Positions 1 through 11,127 of a DNA stretch of 64,000 nt are shown piece by piece (the first letter of the stretch is position 1; each line of letters opens with the position of its first letter). The notes beneath the pieces are model-generated. The model was not told the DNA's origin. It searched no databases and was given only the letters and a program-made list of their open reading frames with translations. The stretch is from Azolla caroliniana. Taxonomy: Eukaryota > Plantae > Polypodiophyta. The stretch spans positions 20,088,001-20,152,000 of the forward strand of contig JBHGNT010000015.1 of assembly GCA_043228905.1 (NCBI GenBank), written 5' to 3'. Made by a program: the position numbers and the translations under genes.

Positions 1-43
1 TCAACCTCTCCCGCTCCCGCATCCGCCATGGTCATACATATCT

Positions 44-1874
44 ATGGACTTCATCACCGACTTGCCACCATCTAAGGGACATGACTCCATCTTGGTAATC
101 GTGGACCGATTTACCAAAATGGCACATTTTATACCATGTTCCAAAGCCATCTCGGGCCCAGAGACAACAAATTTAATCTTAACAAATGTTGCGCACCTCC
201 ATGGGTTACTTGATGATATCGTCTCCGATTGTGGTGCCCCATTTATTTCCCATTTTTGGAAAAGTCTCTTCTATATTCTCAGCAACACCACCAAGTTATC
301 AATGACATTCCATCCACAAATAGACGAGCAGACGGAACACGTAAATCAAGTACTCGAGCAATATCTTCGATGTGCGGTGGGTTACCAACAAGACGATTGG
401 ACTATGTTCCTCCCCATGGCTGAATTCGCTTATAATAACACCCGTCATTCATCCATCGGAACCTCTCCATTCTTTGCCAACTTTGGTTTCCAACCTCGAT
501 TCAACATATGCCTTCCCTCTGGTTCGGTGAACCCCTCGGTTCAAGAGCGGGTGCGCCGTCTAAAAGAAATCCACCAAGATGTAACTCTTGAGCTCATTAA
601 TGCCCAAGATCGACTAAAGTCAATGGCCAACAATCTAGGGGCGGCGGCGCCCAACTTTCAAGTAGGCGACATGGTTTGGCTACTACGGCGCAATATCACA
701 ACCACTCGTCCCTGTTCAAAACTAGATTACACAAAATTGTGTCCTTTCCATATCTCCAAGTGTATCAATCACGTGGCCTACCGGCTCGACCTTCCACCCC
801 ACTATCGCATCCATGACGTTTTTCATGTATCCCTTTTGGAAGTTTACCACCCCTCTGTACTTCTCGGGTGGCAACCCGCTCGACCACCGCCCATCAAGTT
901 GGTGTCTGGCGATGAGTATGAAGTTGAAGAAATCCTTGACTCCAAGTTTCTACGTCGAAAACTCTATTATCTAGTACACTAGAAAGGATACCCGATATCT
1001 GATGCTACTTGGGAACCTCAACACCATTTGAAGAATGCAACCAAGGTAGTTCTGTATGAGATTGAGCCATTTGAATCTGTCTTATTCTGTATGAGATTGA
1101 GCAATTTTCTGTAGGAGATTGAAGAAAAGCAGATGGGATGCCAAAGAGAAACTAGTTGAGTCTGTGATGAATAGCCAATTTTTTTCAAGGAAAAGGAGGT
1201 GGATGTATTATGTGTCTTTCGTTATGGGTTTTGATTTGTTCTATGGCTGTTTGATTTGTTCCATGGCTGCATCATCGAGATGTCTCCAAAACATCGTACA
1301 TTTTCAGCATATGATCCCATGGAATATAAATCAATGGTAGTGGCAAAGAAGTTAAATGGCAGAGAATGGTTCTGGTTGGACAATGTCCCACATGTTCAAG
1401 CAAAGGTGAATGGAAATGAGGTGATAAAGAGGCTTATTCGTGCTAAAGTGGAGGCCTTTCCAAGGTTTATATGTGGTCTTATAGCTCGACGTAGCAATGG
1501 AATTTTCTCAAGGTTTATATGTGCTCCGCTAGCAAAGGTGTTATTGGCAACAATGTAGTTTTTTGATAATATGGTGGAGGCCTTTCCAAGGTGTATATGT
1601 GGTCTTATAGCTCGACGTAGCAATGGAATTTTCTCAAGGTTTATATGTGCTCTGCTAGCAAAAGTGTTATTGGCAACAATGTAGTTTTTTGATAATATGT
1701 ATTTGTGCAAAGGAAACAATATTATGTACTATTTGTATATTGCCTTTGGCTTTTTATTAATACCAATGGAGTATATTTTTATGGAAAAAAAGAAAAAAAA
1801 ATTGCAACCGAGGTAGTTCGTGCTTTTCACCTCCGCTACACACACAAGCCTGCGCCGCATAGAAGTCGGCGCTA
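44..1874 (+). pseudogene. Gypsy integrase core + GPY/F region + chromodomain (disrupted)
   Basis: MDFITDLP..VIVDRFTKMAHF, FHPQIDEQTE (degenerate HPQTDGQTE), AEFAYNN, HDVFHVSLL, EYEVEEILD..YYLVH. TAG at 980-982 replaces W of WKGY, followed by KGYPISDATWEP. C-terminus ATEVVRAFHLRY resumes at ~1804 after the insertion. Confidence 0.88.
1053..1802 (+). mobile_element. Retroposed poly-A insertion (5'-truncated LINE or LINE-mobilised sequence)
   Basis: Flanked by near-identical 17-mers TGCAACC(A/G)AGGTAGTTC at 1036-1052 and 1803-1819; A-rich tail at 1785-1801; internal ~125-bp tandem duplication (~1448-1697). Confidence 0.8.
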
Positions 1875-1964
1875 AACATGGGGGATAATGTCACGATCAT
1901 GTCAAGATTCAAACTCTTAACATGATCGTGTTATAATCGAGTGTTATGTGTTAACCAACATATC

Positions 1965-2003
1965 TGTAAACGTAAGTGTTTGCGGAAGCGTAAAACAGAG
2001 AAC

Positions 2004-2059
<56 letters not shown>

Positions 2060-2395
2060 GAGAGCAGAACACAATTTCAAAATTATATCAAGACTCTGTA
2101 TCTACACACTGTGCTAAGTAGCACTATTTATACAAGTCCTCTTGGGACTGACTGACGTACCATGTTCTTCAATGCTCACACGAGCATCTGACACTTACTA
2201 CGAGACTATAGCTACCTAGTAGTCTATCCTATACTAGGCTTCCGATTGGACTTCCGGTTACGGATTGCACCCGGCCTCCACTGCTTGCCGGTTCGGTTGC
2301 TCACCGTCATACCGATCCGTTTCGCCCGATCCGTCTCGCTTACCGGCTCCGGCTTATTCAGTCGATCCGGCTCCGGTTGAGCTTGCCGCTCAGCA
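1965..2395 (-). repeat. Copia 3' LTR
   Basis: TGTAAACG...GCTCAGCA, direct repeat of 7527-7951, contains (AG)n; adjacent PPT complement CTCCCCCTCAAG at 2396-2407. Confidence 0.95.
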
Positions 2396-2686
2396 CTCCC
2401 CCTCAAGCTCAACCTGAGGTGGGGTCGTAGTGTCGACCTCTGTGGCAGTCGGTTCTTCCAACCGACTTCTCCTGGCATCACTCCGCCTTGCTCGCGCTCC
2501 TCGTCCGGTCCGGTCCCGTTTGCCGTGACCCCTTTGGTTCTGCGCGCCTCGACCCTCTCGGTCGGCATGTCTGCTCAATAGGCCCATCTCAGCACTCACG
2601 TTGTTGTGACTCCGGCGCTTGCCGATCCATCGGTTCTCCCACGATGGCATCGACTTCCGTTGTGTCCATGTCCCCTTGGCCTTCAG

Positions 2687-5600
2687 TCAATCCGACTCAT
2701 CCAGATCCATCTGTTGGTCCGAGTCAGCTGTCTCCGACTCGTTCCAGCTCTTGTCCGAATCGGTACACTCCGATTCGACTTCCGGCTTCAGGCCTCTCAC
2801 CACATCGGACCACATCCGAGTCTTGGCCTTCTCCATGCTTCCCTCAGCTTCTTCAGCCGGTGAACCGAAATCGAATTCTTCATTTGACTCCGCATCATGG
2901 TCAGTACCGTCGTGATGACCTCCGCACAGCATGCACTTCTCTTCCTGAGTGCACAACTCTTCTTCACAACCGCTTGCTCCGACCTGTTCGAATGTCTCGA
3001 CTTCCTTCGTCGACTCGGCTTCCTTCATCTTCTTGTCTCCTCTTCTTCCGGCTCTCCTCTTACCGACGGGTTCAACAATTTTTTGGCCTTTGCCCGTTTC
3101 GGTAGAGACTTTGCCCTTGCTTCTCCCCCTCAAGTGCGGCACGTCGAGATGCTGAATACCAAGCATGTCGGTAAAGTGCTGCAACTTGTCCAATCCAAGC
3201 GGCTTGGTGAAGATGTCGGCAACTTGCCGATCCATATGAACATACCGTAGGTCAACTTCACCGCTCAGGACCCGCTCACGCACGAAGTGGTAGTGCACCT
3301 CGATGTGCTTTGTGCGAGCATGGAACACAGGGTTCTTGGCGAGCTGCAGGCTACTCATGTTATCGCAGTAAATCGGGATCGGGGTCGGTACCTCGATCCG
3401 CAAGTCTCGCAGAAGTCGCCGAAGCCAGATGGCTTCACAAGTGGCAACGGTAGCGGCCCAGTACTCAGCCTCAGTGCTTGACAATGCCACTGTGGGCTGC
3501 TTCTTACTACTCCATGCAACGGCCGCGCTACCTATGGAGAACATGTATCCGGAAGTGGAGCGGCGATCAGACGCATCGCCGACCCAGTCAGCATCTGTGT
3601 AACCGACAAGCTCTTCGGGTATACCTCGCCGGTATAACAGTCCCCGGTCCTTAGTGCCGCTGACATACCGTAATATTCGTTGCGCGCACTGAAGGTGCTC
3701 CACGGTCGGCTTCTGCATGAACTGACTTACCATGCCGACCGGATAGCTGATGTCGGGTCGGGTGATGGTTAAGTAGATCAGGCTTCCGACAACCTGTCGG
3801 AACCGTTTCTCATTGCAGGTTGGTCCAGAGTTGGGACGGAGCTTCTGGTTCCGGTCCAGGGGTGTGGAGATAGGTCGGCAATCCGTCATGCCGAACTTAT
3901 ACATCATATTCAACACGTAATGTCGTTGTGAGAGAAATATGCCGTTGGGGGTCCGAATCACTTCGATCCCAAGAAAATAATGAAGGTCCCCCAGGTCCTT
4001 CATTTCGAATGCGTCCGACAACTGGGACTTGACGCGGTTGATTTCGGGAAGACCCGGTCCGGTGATGACTAAATCATCCACATACAAGAGTATACATACC
4101 GAACCGTCAGAGCCTTGCCGGATGAACAACGAAGAGTCCGACTTAGAGACAGCAAACCCTAGCTTACGCAACCGGTGTGTGATCTTCGCGTTCCAAGCTC
4201 GGGGGGCTTGCTTCAAGCCGTAAAGCGACTTCTTCAGTCGGCATACCGCCGACTTGTTCATCTCCGATTGAAATCCAGGGGGCTGAGTCATAAAGACTTC
4301 TTCTTCAAGCTCTCCTTGAAGGAAGGCGTTCTTCACATCCATCTGGTGAAGATGCCACCCCCTTGCCGCAGCAACCGCCAGTACCACACGAACCGTCGTC
4401 ATCTTTGCCACAGGAGCGAAGGTCTCGTCGTAGTCGATTCCGTGGGTCTGCTCGTATCCCTTCGCCACTAACCAGGCTTTGTACCGGTTAACAGAACCGT
4501 CGGCGTTGTACTTGACCTTGTACACCCACTTGCATCCGATCGGTTTACAGTGACAGGGAGGATCAACTAGGTCCCAAGTTTCGTTGGCATCGAGTGCCCG
4601 CATTTCTTCGTCCATAGCGGCACGCCAATTTGCGTCCTTTGCCGCTTCTGCGTAGCTCTCCGGCTCACGCACTTATGTTACCTTAGTCATGTATGCATAA
4701 TGATGCGCCATGTATTCATTGTACCCGTACCGCATGACGGGATCCTTCTGGCGGGTTGATCGGCGCAACGCACCGTCACCTGATTTGAGGCCCTTCTTGG
4801 CCAGTTCGGTCTTCGTTGCCGAAGATTCGCCTTTCTCCTTTCCGGAGTCGGATACGCACCGATCCGACTCATCGTTGCCGGTTTCGAATTCCGGCATCTT
4901 CCTCTTCCCCTTCTCTTTGCGCGTGAACCGTTTCCTCGGTGCCTTGCACGGGGAGAGCACGGCAGAGTCTCCACCACTTGCTGTCTCTTCATCCGACTGG
5001 TCCAACCGACTCAGTCGCTCGTTCGGTCCACTCAACCGTAACGATTCCAGACTCTCATCTTGAGTCCCGGCTTCATCATCCTCTGCCAGGGCTGATTCAG
5101 GCTCACTGGCCTGATCTTCCGGCATTGGGTCGGGATCGGAAGTCGGAGTCGGTACGGAGTACCAAGATGCCGATTCATCGAACTCGACATCCCGGCTAAC
5201 TTGGACTTCCTTCGTCCGGGGGTTATAGCACGTATACCCCTTTTGCTCTTGAGCATAGCCGACTAGGATGCATTTTTCCGATTTTGCATCCAGCTTTCTC
5301 CGCTTCTGATCCGGCACATGCACATACGCTATGCTGCCAAATATCCAAAGGTGTCTTAAGTTCGGCTTGCGCCCGAAATACAGCTCATGAGCTGACACCT
5401 TGTCACCAATGCGGTTTTGTATGTAGATGGCCGTCTGGACCGCCTCCGCCCAGTAGAACCGGGGCATGCTCTTCTCCTCCAGCATTGCCCTTGCCGCTTC
5501 GACGAGTGTCCGGTTCTTCCTTTCGGCCACACCGTTTTGCTCCGGTGTGTATCTGCAACTGAACTCTCGCCGAATTCCCTTCTGCTGCAGATAACTAGTG

Positions 5601-7432
5601 AATTGGCCAGAAAAATATTCCTTTCCGCCATCCGACCGAAGGCATTTGATCTTCCTCTCCGATTCCCGTTCCACCATCTTCTGGAGGCTCTGGAAACAGT
5701 CGAAGACTTCGCTCTTCCGCTCAATGAGGTAGATCCAAGTATGTCGAGTATAGTCATCGATGAAGGAGACGAAGTATCGGCTCCCGCCAAGGCTTACACT
5801 TTGTGCCGGTCCCCACACATCCAAATGGATGAGATCGAGCTTGTTACGGCTCCGGTTCCGTTCGGTGGGGAATGGAAGCCGGTGTTGCTTCCCAAGTTGG
5901 CAAGCTTCACAAATTTCGGCTCTCCGGCCTCTGAACTTTGGCAAACCAAAAACGACTTGTTTCGTTTGCAAGTCTTGAAGCCTCCGGTAGTTGATGTGGC
6001 TTATCCGCTTGTGCCACAGGTCGATGTCCGACTCGACCTTCTGTCATTCCGCGAACAGAGCGGTGCCAAAGTCATTGGTGTTGAGGATAAACATCCCCCC
6101 GTCTCTGCGCCCTTGCGCAATGACTTCGCCCTCATCCTCAATGAAGCACCCGAGGTGCGTAAACCGCACCTGCATCCCCTGGTCGACAATCTAACCGACG
6201 GACACTAGGTTCTTCGTTATTGTCGGAACGTGTAATACGTTCATCAGCTTCCCTTTTTGTCCGACGTGGCTTAGAGGGACTTCTCCGACGTGCACGATTG
6301 GGTGAGGAGTGTCATCTCCGGTTTCGACTACTCCTGGTTGATCCGGTTTCTCCAGAAAGGAGAACCACTCTTTGTGGCTCGTCATGTGGTTCGACGCGCT
6401 AGAATCAACATACCACACTTCCTCCGTTTTGGAAGTGGTCTTCTTCATTGAGTTTGCCTTGTGATTCATCACCAAGGCTGGCCCCTTACCGGCCTTTCCG
6501 GTTCCGGATCCTCCTGATCCGTTTGCGTAGTGCAAGTTTTGCCGGCCATCCTTACCGGTCTTGCCGGATCCGGATTTGTCTGAATCGGCACGCTTTCTCC
6601 AGCACTCGCTTTCCCTGTGGCCTTTTTTGCCACAGTACCAGCATTCCGTAGCGGATTTGTCTTGCCGGCCTCCGGCACCGCCTTGACTCCCCCTACTTGT
6701 GGAAGTCCCGGAACTGTTGTCGGCACGCTCATAGTGCCTCCGTTCCTGCTCTTGCCGGCCGCCTCCATTGCGTGCCGACCCACCTCTTCCACCACGCCCA
6801 CGGAGCCGATCCGTTCCCGTGTACAACATTTGGTTGTCCGGGGATGCACTGTTAGATGCACCGGCGTGGTTCTCCTCTACAAGGAGCATCGACTGTAAGT
6901 CGAAGAATGAGGGGGTATTCTCCCTTGTACACACCGCAGTCCAGAACGCTCCGAACTTGGACACCAGGCCTCCGAGACATACCTGCACCATCTCGTCTTC
7001 CTCTACGGTAACATTGATAGAGGCGAGCGAGTCGCAGATCTCCTTTATCCGGCCCGTGTAGTCTGCCACGGACATGTTCTTCTGTCGAACATTGCTCAAC
7101 TCCTGTCTGAGTTGCAGCTTCCGGGCAGTGGTGCTTGCGGCGAAAACCTTTTTCAGGTTCCCCCAAGCATCCTTCGGTGTCTTGGCATCACGGATGTGGC
7201 TGAGCAGCTGATCGCCGACACTGGACGCGAAGCAGTACATCACCCTGCTTGCCGCCTGTTCCCATACCAGGAAGTCCTTGTATGCCGAGTCTAGCGCCGC
7301 ATCATTCGCTCCTTCGACATAACTCCAGTACCCGTGTCCAAGCAGGTACTGGTGCATCTTGTAAGACCAGGATGCGTAGTTGCTCCTGTCGAGCTTCTCC
7401 ACCGGGAGCGACGTAGCCATGCCTCTATCCAT
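2687..7432 (-). pseudogene. Copia gag-pol polyprotein, single frame with three in-frame stops
   Basis: Gag with CWYCGKKGHRESEC knuckle; protease WYVDSSAS; GAG-pre-integrase LWHKR/CEAC; INT D-D-E (FIDD, LRSDGG, QNGVAE); RT LYVDD; RNase H YTDADW..EAEY..YCDN..ADIFTK. Stops at 6191-6193, 6044-6046 and 4673-4675 all lie in the same frame. Confidence 0.93.
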
Positions 7433-7514
7433 GTCTTCTATTGTGTCTGTTTTCGACCTGTTAGGGTTTTCTTCTCAAGAGTAAATGTCTGCAGCAGAAG
7501 TTCTCAACCCTCGC

Positions 7515-7526
7515 GCTCTGATACCA
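7515..7526 (-). promoter_or_regulatory. Primer binding site for tRNA-iMet
   Basis: GCTCTGATACCA is the reverse complement of TGGTATCAGAGC and abuts the LTR. Confidence 0.93.
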
Positions 7527-7951
7527 TGTAAGCGTAAGTGTTTGCGGAAGCGTAAAACAGAGAACAACAGAGAGAGAGAGAGAGCGAGCGAGAGAGACAG
7601 AGAGAGCAGAACACAATTTCAAAATTATATCAAGACTTTGTATCTACACACTGTGCTAAGTAGCACTATTTATACAAGTCCTCTTGGGACTGACTGACGT
7701 ACCATGTACTTCAATGCTCACACGAGCATCTGACACTTACTACGAGACTATAGCTACCTAGTAGTCTATCCTATACTAGGCTTCCGATTGGACTTTCGGT
7801 TACGGATTGCACCCGGCCTCCACTGCTTGCCGGTTCGGTTGCTCACCGTCATACCGATCCGTTTCGCTCGATCCGTTTCGCTCGATCCGTCTCGCTTACC
7901 GGCTCCGGCTTATTCAGTCGATCCGGCTCCGGTTGAGCTTGCCGCTCGACA
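7527..7951 (-). repeat. Copia 5' LTR
   Basis: TGTAAGCG...GCTCGACA, adjacent to the PBS. Confidence 0.95.
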
Positions 7952-8236
7952 ATATCTAATATACAATCATGTGTATAATTCCTCCTTGTAGTTTTAAGCT
8001 AGCATCATGTGCATAATCACTCCCTCGTATTATAATTTTACACTTGGCACATGCATGCGTATACATGCTCTATTATATCACATGTGTGCAACAAGTATGC
8101 ATGCCGGTTAGTATAAATAATTGAGTTCACCTTGAATGAATTCAAGGTGAACAACACCAGTTAATGATATTTGCTCTTTTGCGCTTGCCAATCGTGTCCT
8201 TGTAGTTTCATTCTTCTTATGTCCTTAACAGTCTAC

Positions 8237-8720
8237 AACTCCTAACAATCGGTAACAGTTCGATTCGGTTAGATTCAAGAGGGTCAAAACCAAACCGTTT
8301 AACAATTTTGAAACTTGAACCAAACCATGAAACTGTTAAGTCGAATCGTTAAACTTTTTCAAACCATTTAAAACGTAAAAATCGTGGTTTCGTGGCTCAG
8401 TTTCGGTTTCGGTTTTCAACTTAGGTTTAATTTTTAATTTTTTAAATTTATAATATTTCATTTTAAATTTTTTTTTAAATTTTAAAGATATTCCTAAAAT
8501 GTGAGAATAAGGTCTAACAATGAAAAGATTGTTTTAAAACAATCTTTTTAATCTTTTTAAAAATAATAATAAACCGGTAAACTATTTAAACTGTGATTTC
8601 TGATTGTTGAAACCACACCGAAACTGAACCAAACCGTTTTAAAATACCTAAACCTAAACCGAACCGATGAAACCGTTAAACCGCGGTTTCGCGGTTCAAT
8701 TCGCCGATTGTTAACGACTC
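8237..8720. mobile_element. Putative non-autonomous DNA transposon (hAT-like MITE) with AAACCG/CGGTTT subterminal motifs
   Basis: Many AAACC(G/A)/CGGTT motifs at both ends with an AT-rich core; terminal inverted match TAACAATCGG (8243) / CCGATTGTTA (8704); no clear TSD. Confidence 0.5.
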
Positions 8721-8817
8721 CAACGGCTTTGCCCTAAACCATAACCATAAAAAAGCTATTATATGATATTCCTAAAAGAAAAAAGAAGAAATATATATAT
8801 ATATATATATATATATA

Positions 8818-9279
8818 GGAATGGGCTATTTGCCCCCCCCCCCCCCCCCCCCCGAAAACAAAAAAACCTTTTTGGCCCACTAAAAAAAAAACTTTTTGGC
8901 CCCCTAAAAAAATAACTTTTTGGCCCCTCTATTTTGGCTATTTTGGCTATTGTGGTGGATAAGCATAGTGACAATAGAAAAGTCACTTTCAAGTCCTCCT
9001 CCTCCTCCAGTGGTGGCACCCAGCAGCCACCACCGACCCTCCCCATCGCCTAAGACATCATGTAAAACGTGATTGATTGGAATCCACAGTATTGATTGGA
9101 AACGTGAGGAAGAAGAAGAAGAAGAAAGAGAAAGAAGGAAGAGTAACTACGCCTTTTTTTGGGGGGGAGGTGGGGGGGTTTAGCCAAAATAGGGGGGCCA
9201 AAAAGTTTTTCTCTTTTTTAGGGGGCCAAAAAGTTTTTTATTTCTTTTTTTTTTTTGGGGGGGGGGGGGGGCCCATTCC
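8818..9279. mobile_element. Long-TIR foldback/Mutator-like element in TA context
   Basis: Left arm GGAATGGGC..C-run..TTTTTGGCCC x3..ATTTTGGCTA (8818-8940) mirrors right arm TAGCCAAAAT..GGCCAAAAAG x2..G-run..GCCCATTCC (9181-9279); both ends abut TATA repeats. Confidence 0.65.
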
Positions 9280-10548
9280 TATATATAAGTATATGTTTTT
9301 TAATTGATACATACCTAGATTTTGAGGGAACTGGTTGTGTGTTGGTGGTCATAATCAAGCATTTATTAATTTTTGAGATTTCCTGTTGTTGCGAGGGCTT
9401 CTACTGCACTCGTGATCACAATGCTCCATCTATTTGAATGTTGGTGCAAAACCCAAGATGGGGAGGAGTATGGTGAAATTAAAGGTAATAACATGAGAGC
9501 ACAAAACTGCATGTTCCACTCTGTGTGTGCTCAAATTCAAAAATTTGAGTATTCCCATATTTCCCTCCCCATAATAAATTATATGCATATTTAAGACTTG
9601 CCCACTAAATATTAACTAAAAAAATAGCTAATTAGCTATGGTCTTTTTAGTTATATGTTGGCTATAATAGTGTTTCTATTCACATGCTTTCACCCTAATA
9701 TAATTATGTGATTCCACCAAAAAGAAAAGAGAGAAGAGAAGATATATGCATATCAATCATTTAGTCTAAAGATGACTAACTTTCCACGTAGATTCTTGCA
9801 TGATGGATAAAGACAAACATACATACTCGAATTCTTCACGACATGTATCCTTTAGTGATGGGCACATAGAGGGATAGAGAAGGGGGGAGATTTGTATAAT
9901 TATCCACATGTCTTTAATTTGACGGTTCATTGTTGATATGTCACAATAGTGGTTGAAAATAATTGAATGAGGAACAATAATATGGAACTATTCTCATATA
10001 TTGATGTTGACTAGGTCTTTGTGGCTTCATGCACGTATTATGGTAATCTTAACCTCAATAACATTGATGGTACATAAACCTACCAGGTTGCAACTATGCT
10101 TGGATGAACACTTAATTAATCACTTCATTTAGTTTCAATAGATGAACAAATTGCTTATAAATTGTGAAAAAGGAGGGAGAGCAAATTCACAAATGGTTGA
10201 TCATAGACTTAACAAGATAAAGAGAAATTGTCAATCTATGTTGCAAAAGTATGTATAGAGACAAACACCTAATAACTTAAAATGAAGACTCTTCGGCTTT
10301 CTTAGATTAGTGGCAATGCACGAATGAAGGCTTCTTGGCTTCTTCTAAACTTCATTATTAAAGATAGCTTGGCTCAAAAAAGTGAAAGAAAACCAAAACA
10401 AACCAAATTTTAGGAGTCTTGGTCTTTTTATTTCTTATTGTTTTTTTGGTGGGGTTTGAACCCAAGATCCCAAAGTGGATCATTTTTCATTCTCTTATGA
10501 CCACATGCCCAAGTTTAGGTTACAAATACATATATATAGGAAAGAATT

Positions 10549-10830
10549 CAAACAGGAATGAAATCCAAGAAGGGAGGACACAAACCCTAAACTCTAAACC
10601 CTAAACCCTAAACTCAATAATCATTCATCATTCATCATTCACCCTAAACAGAAATGAAATCCAAGAAGGGAGGACACAAACTCTAAACCCTAAACCCTAA
10701 ACCCTAAACTCTAAACTCTAAACTCAACAATCAATCATCATTCATCATTCACCTTAAACAGAAATGATATCCAAGAAGGGAGGACACAAACCCTAAACTC
10801 TAAACCCTAAACCCTAAACTCAATAATCAA
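10549..10830 (+). repeat. Three ~100-110 bp tandem units containing telomere-type AAACCCT motifs
   Basis: AATGAAATCCAAGAAGGGAGGACACAAA(C/CT)CTAAA.. recurs at ~10557, ~10652 and ~10762, each followed by 4-6 CCCTAAA/CTCTAAA heptamers. Confidence 0.9.
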
Positions 10831-10990
10831 TCATCAATCATCAATCATCAATCTCTCTCTCTCTCTCTCTTAATCATCAATCATCAATCATCAATCATCA
10901 ATCGCTCTCTCTCTCTCTCTTAATCATCATTCATCAATCATCAATCTCTCTCTCTCTCTCTCTCTTAATCATCATTCATCAATCATTCAA
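10822..10990 (+). repeat. Compound (AATCATC)n/(CT)n tandem units
   Basis: Three ~50-bp units of AATCATC heptamers each ending in a CT run. Confidence 0.85.
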
Positions 10991-11127
10991 TCCTTGTCTC
11001 TTCTCTTCTCTGCTTTTAAAACCCCTCTCCTCTTCCATTTCTTTCTTCCATCCCCCAACTGCTGCCCTGCTCTGCTCTTATTTCTTGTGTTTTTCCCACT
11101 GATTGTTTTAGGTCAGACAGAATAGAA

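Larger units (their letters stand above)
1965..7951 (-). mobile_element. Full-length Ty1/Copia LTR retrotransposon
   Basis: TG..CA LTRs at 1965-2395 and 7527-7951, nearly identical; 5-bp TSD ATATC at 1960-1964 and 7952-7956; PBS TGGTATCAGAGC; PPT; gag-PR-INT-RT-RH order. Confidence 0.97.
1..8230 (+). mobile_element. 3' part of Ty3/Gypsy chromovirus (Tcn1-like) LTR retrotransposon, interrupted by two nested insertions
   Basis: Integrase and chromodomain ORF; PPT-like GGGGGATAA at ~1880-1888; LTR starts TG at 1889, is split by the Copia at 1965-7951, resumes ~7957 (TATAAATA 8112) and appears to end TAACA at 8230. 5' part lies outside the window. Confidence 0.85.

Noticed and set aside
5417-6208. 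263-aa plus-strand ORF and other antisense ORFs over the Copia
   Set aside because: Shadow frames of a GC-rich coding strand with no recognisable motifs.
10580-10820. True telomere or chromosome-fusion scar
   Set aside because: Heptamers are short runs embedded in a larger repeated unit with no head-to-head junction.
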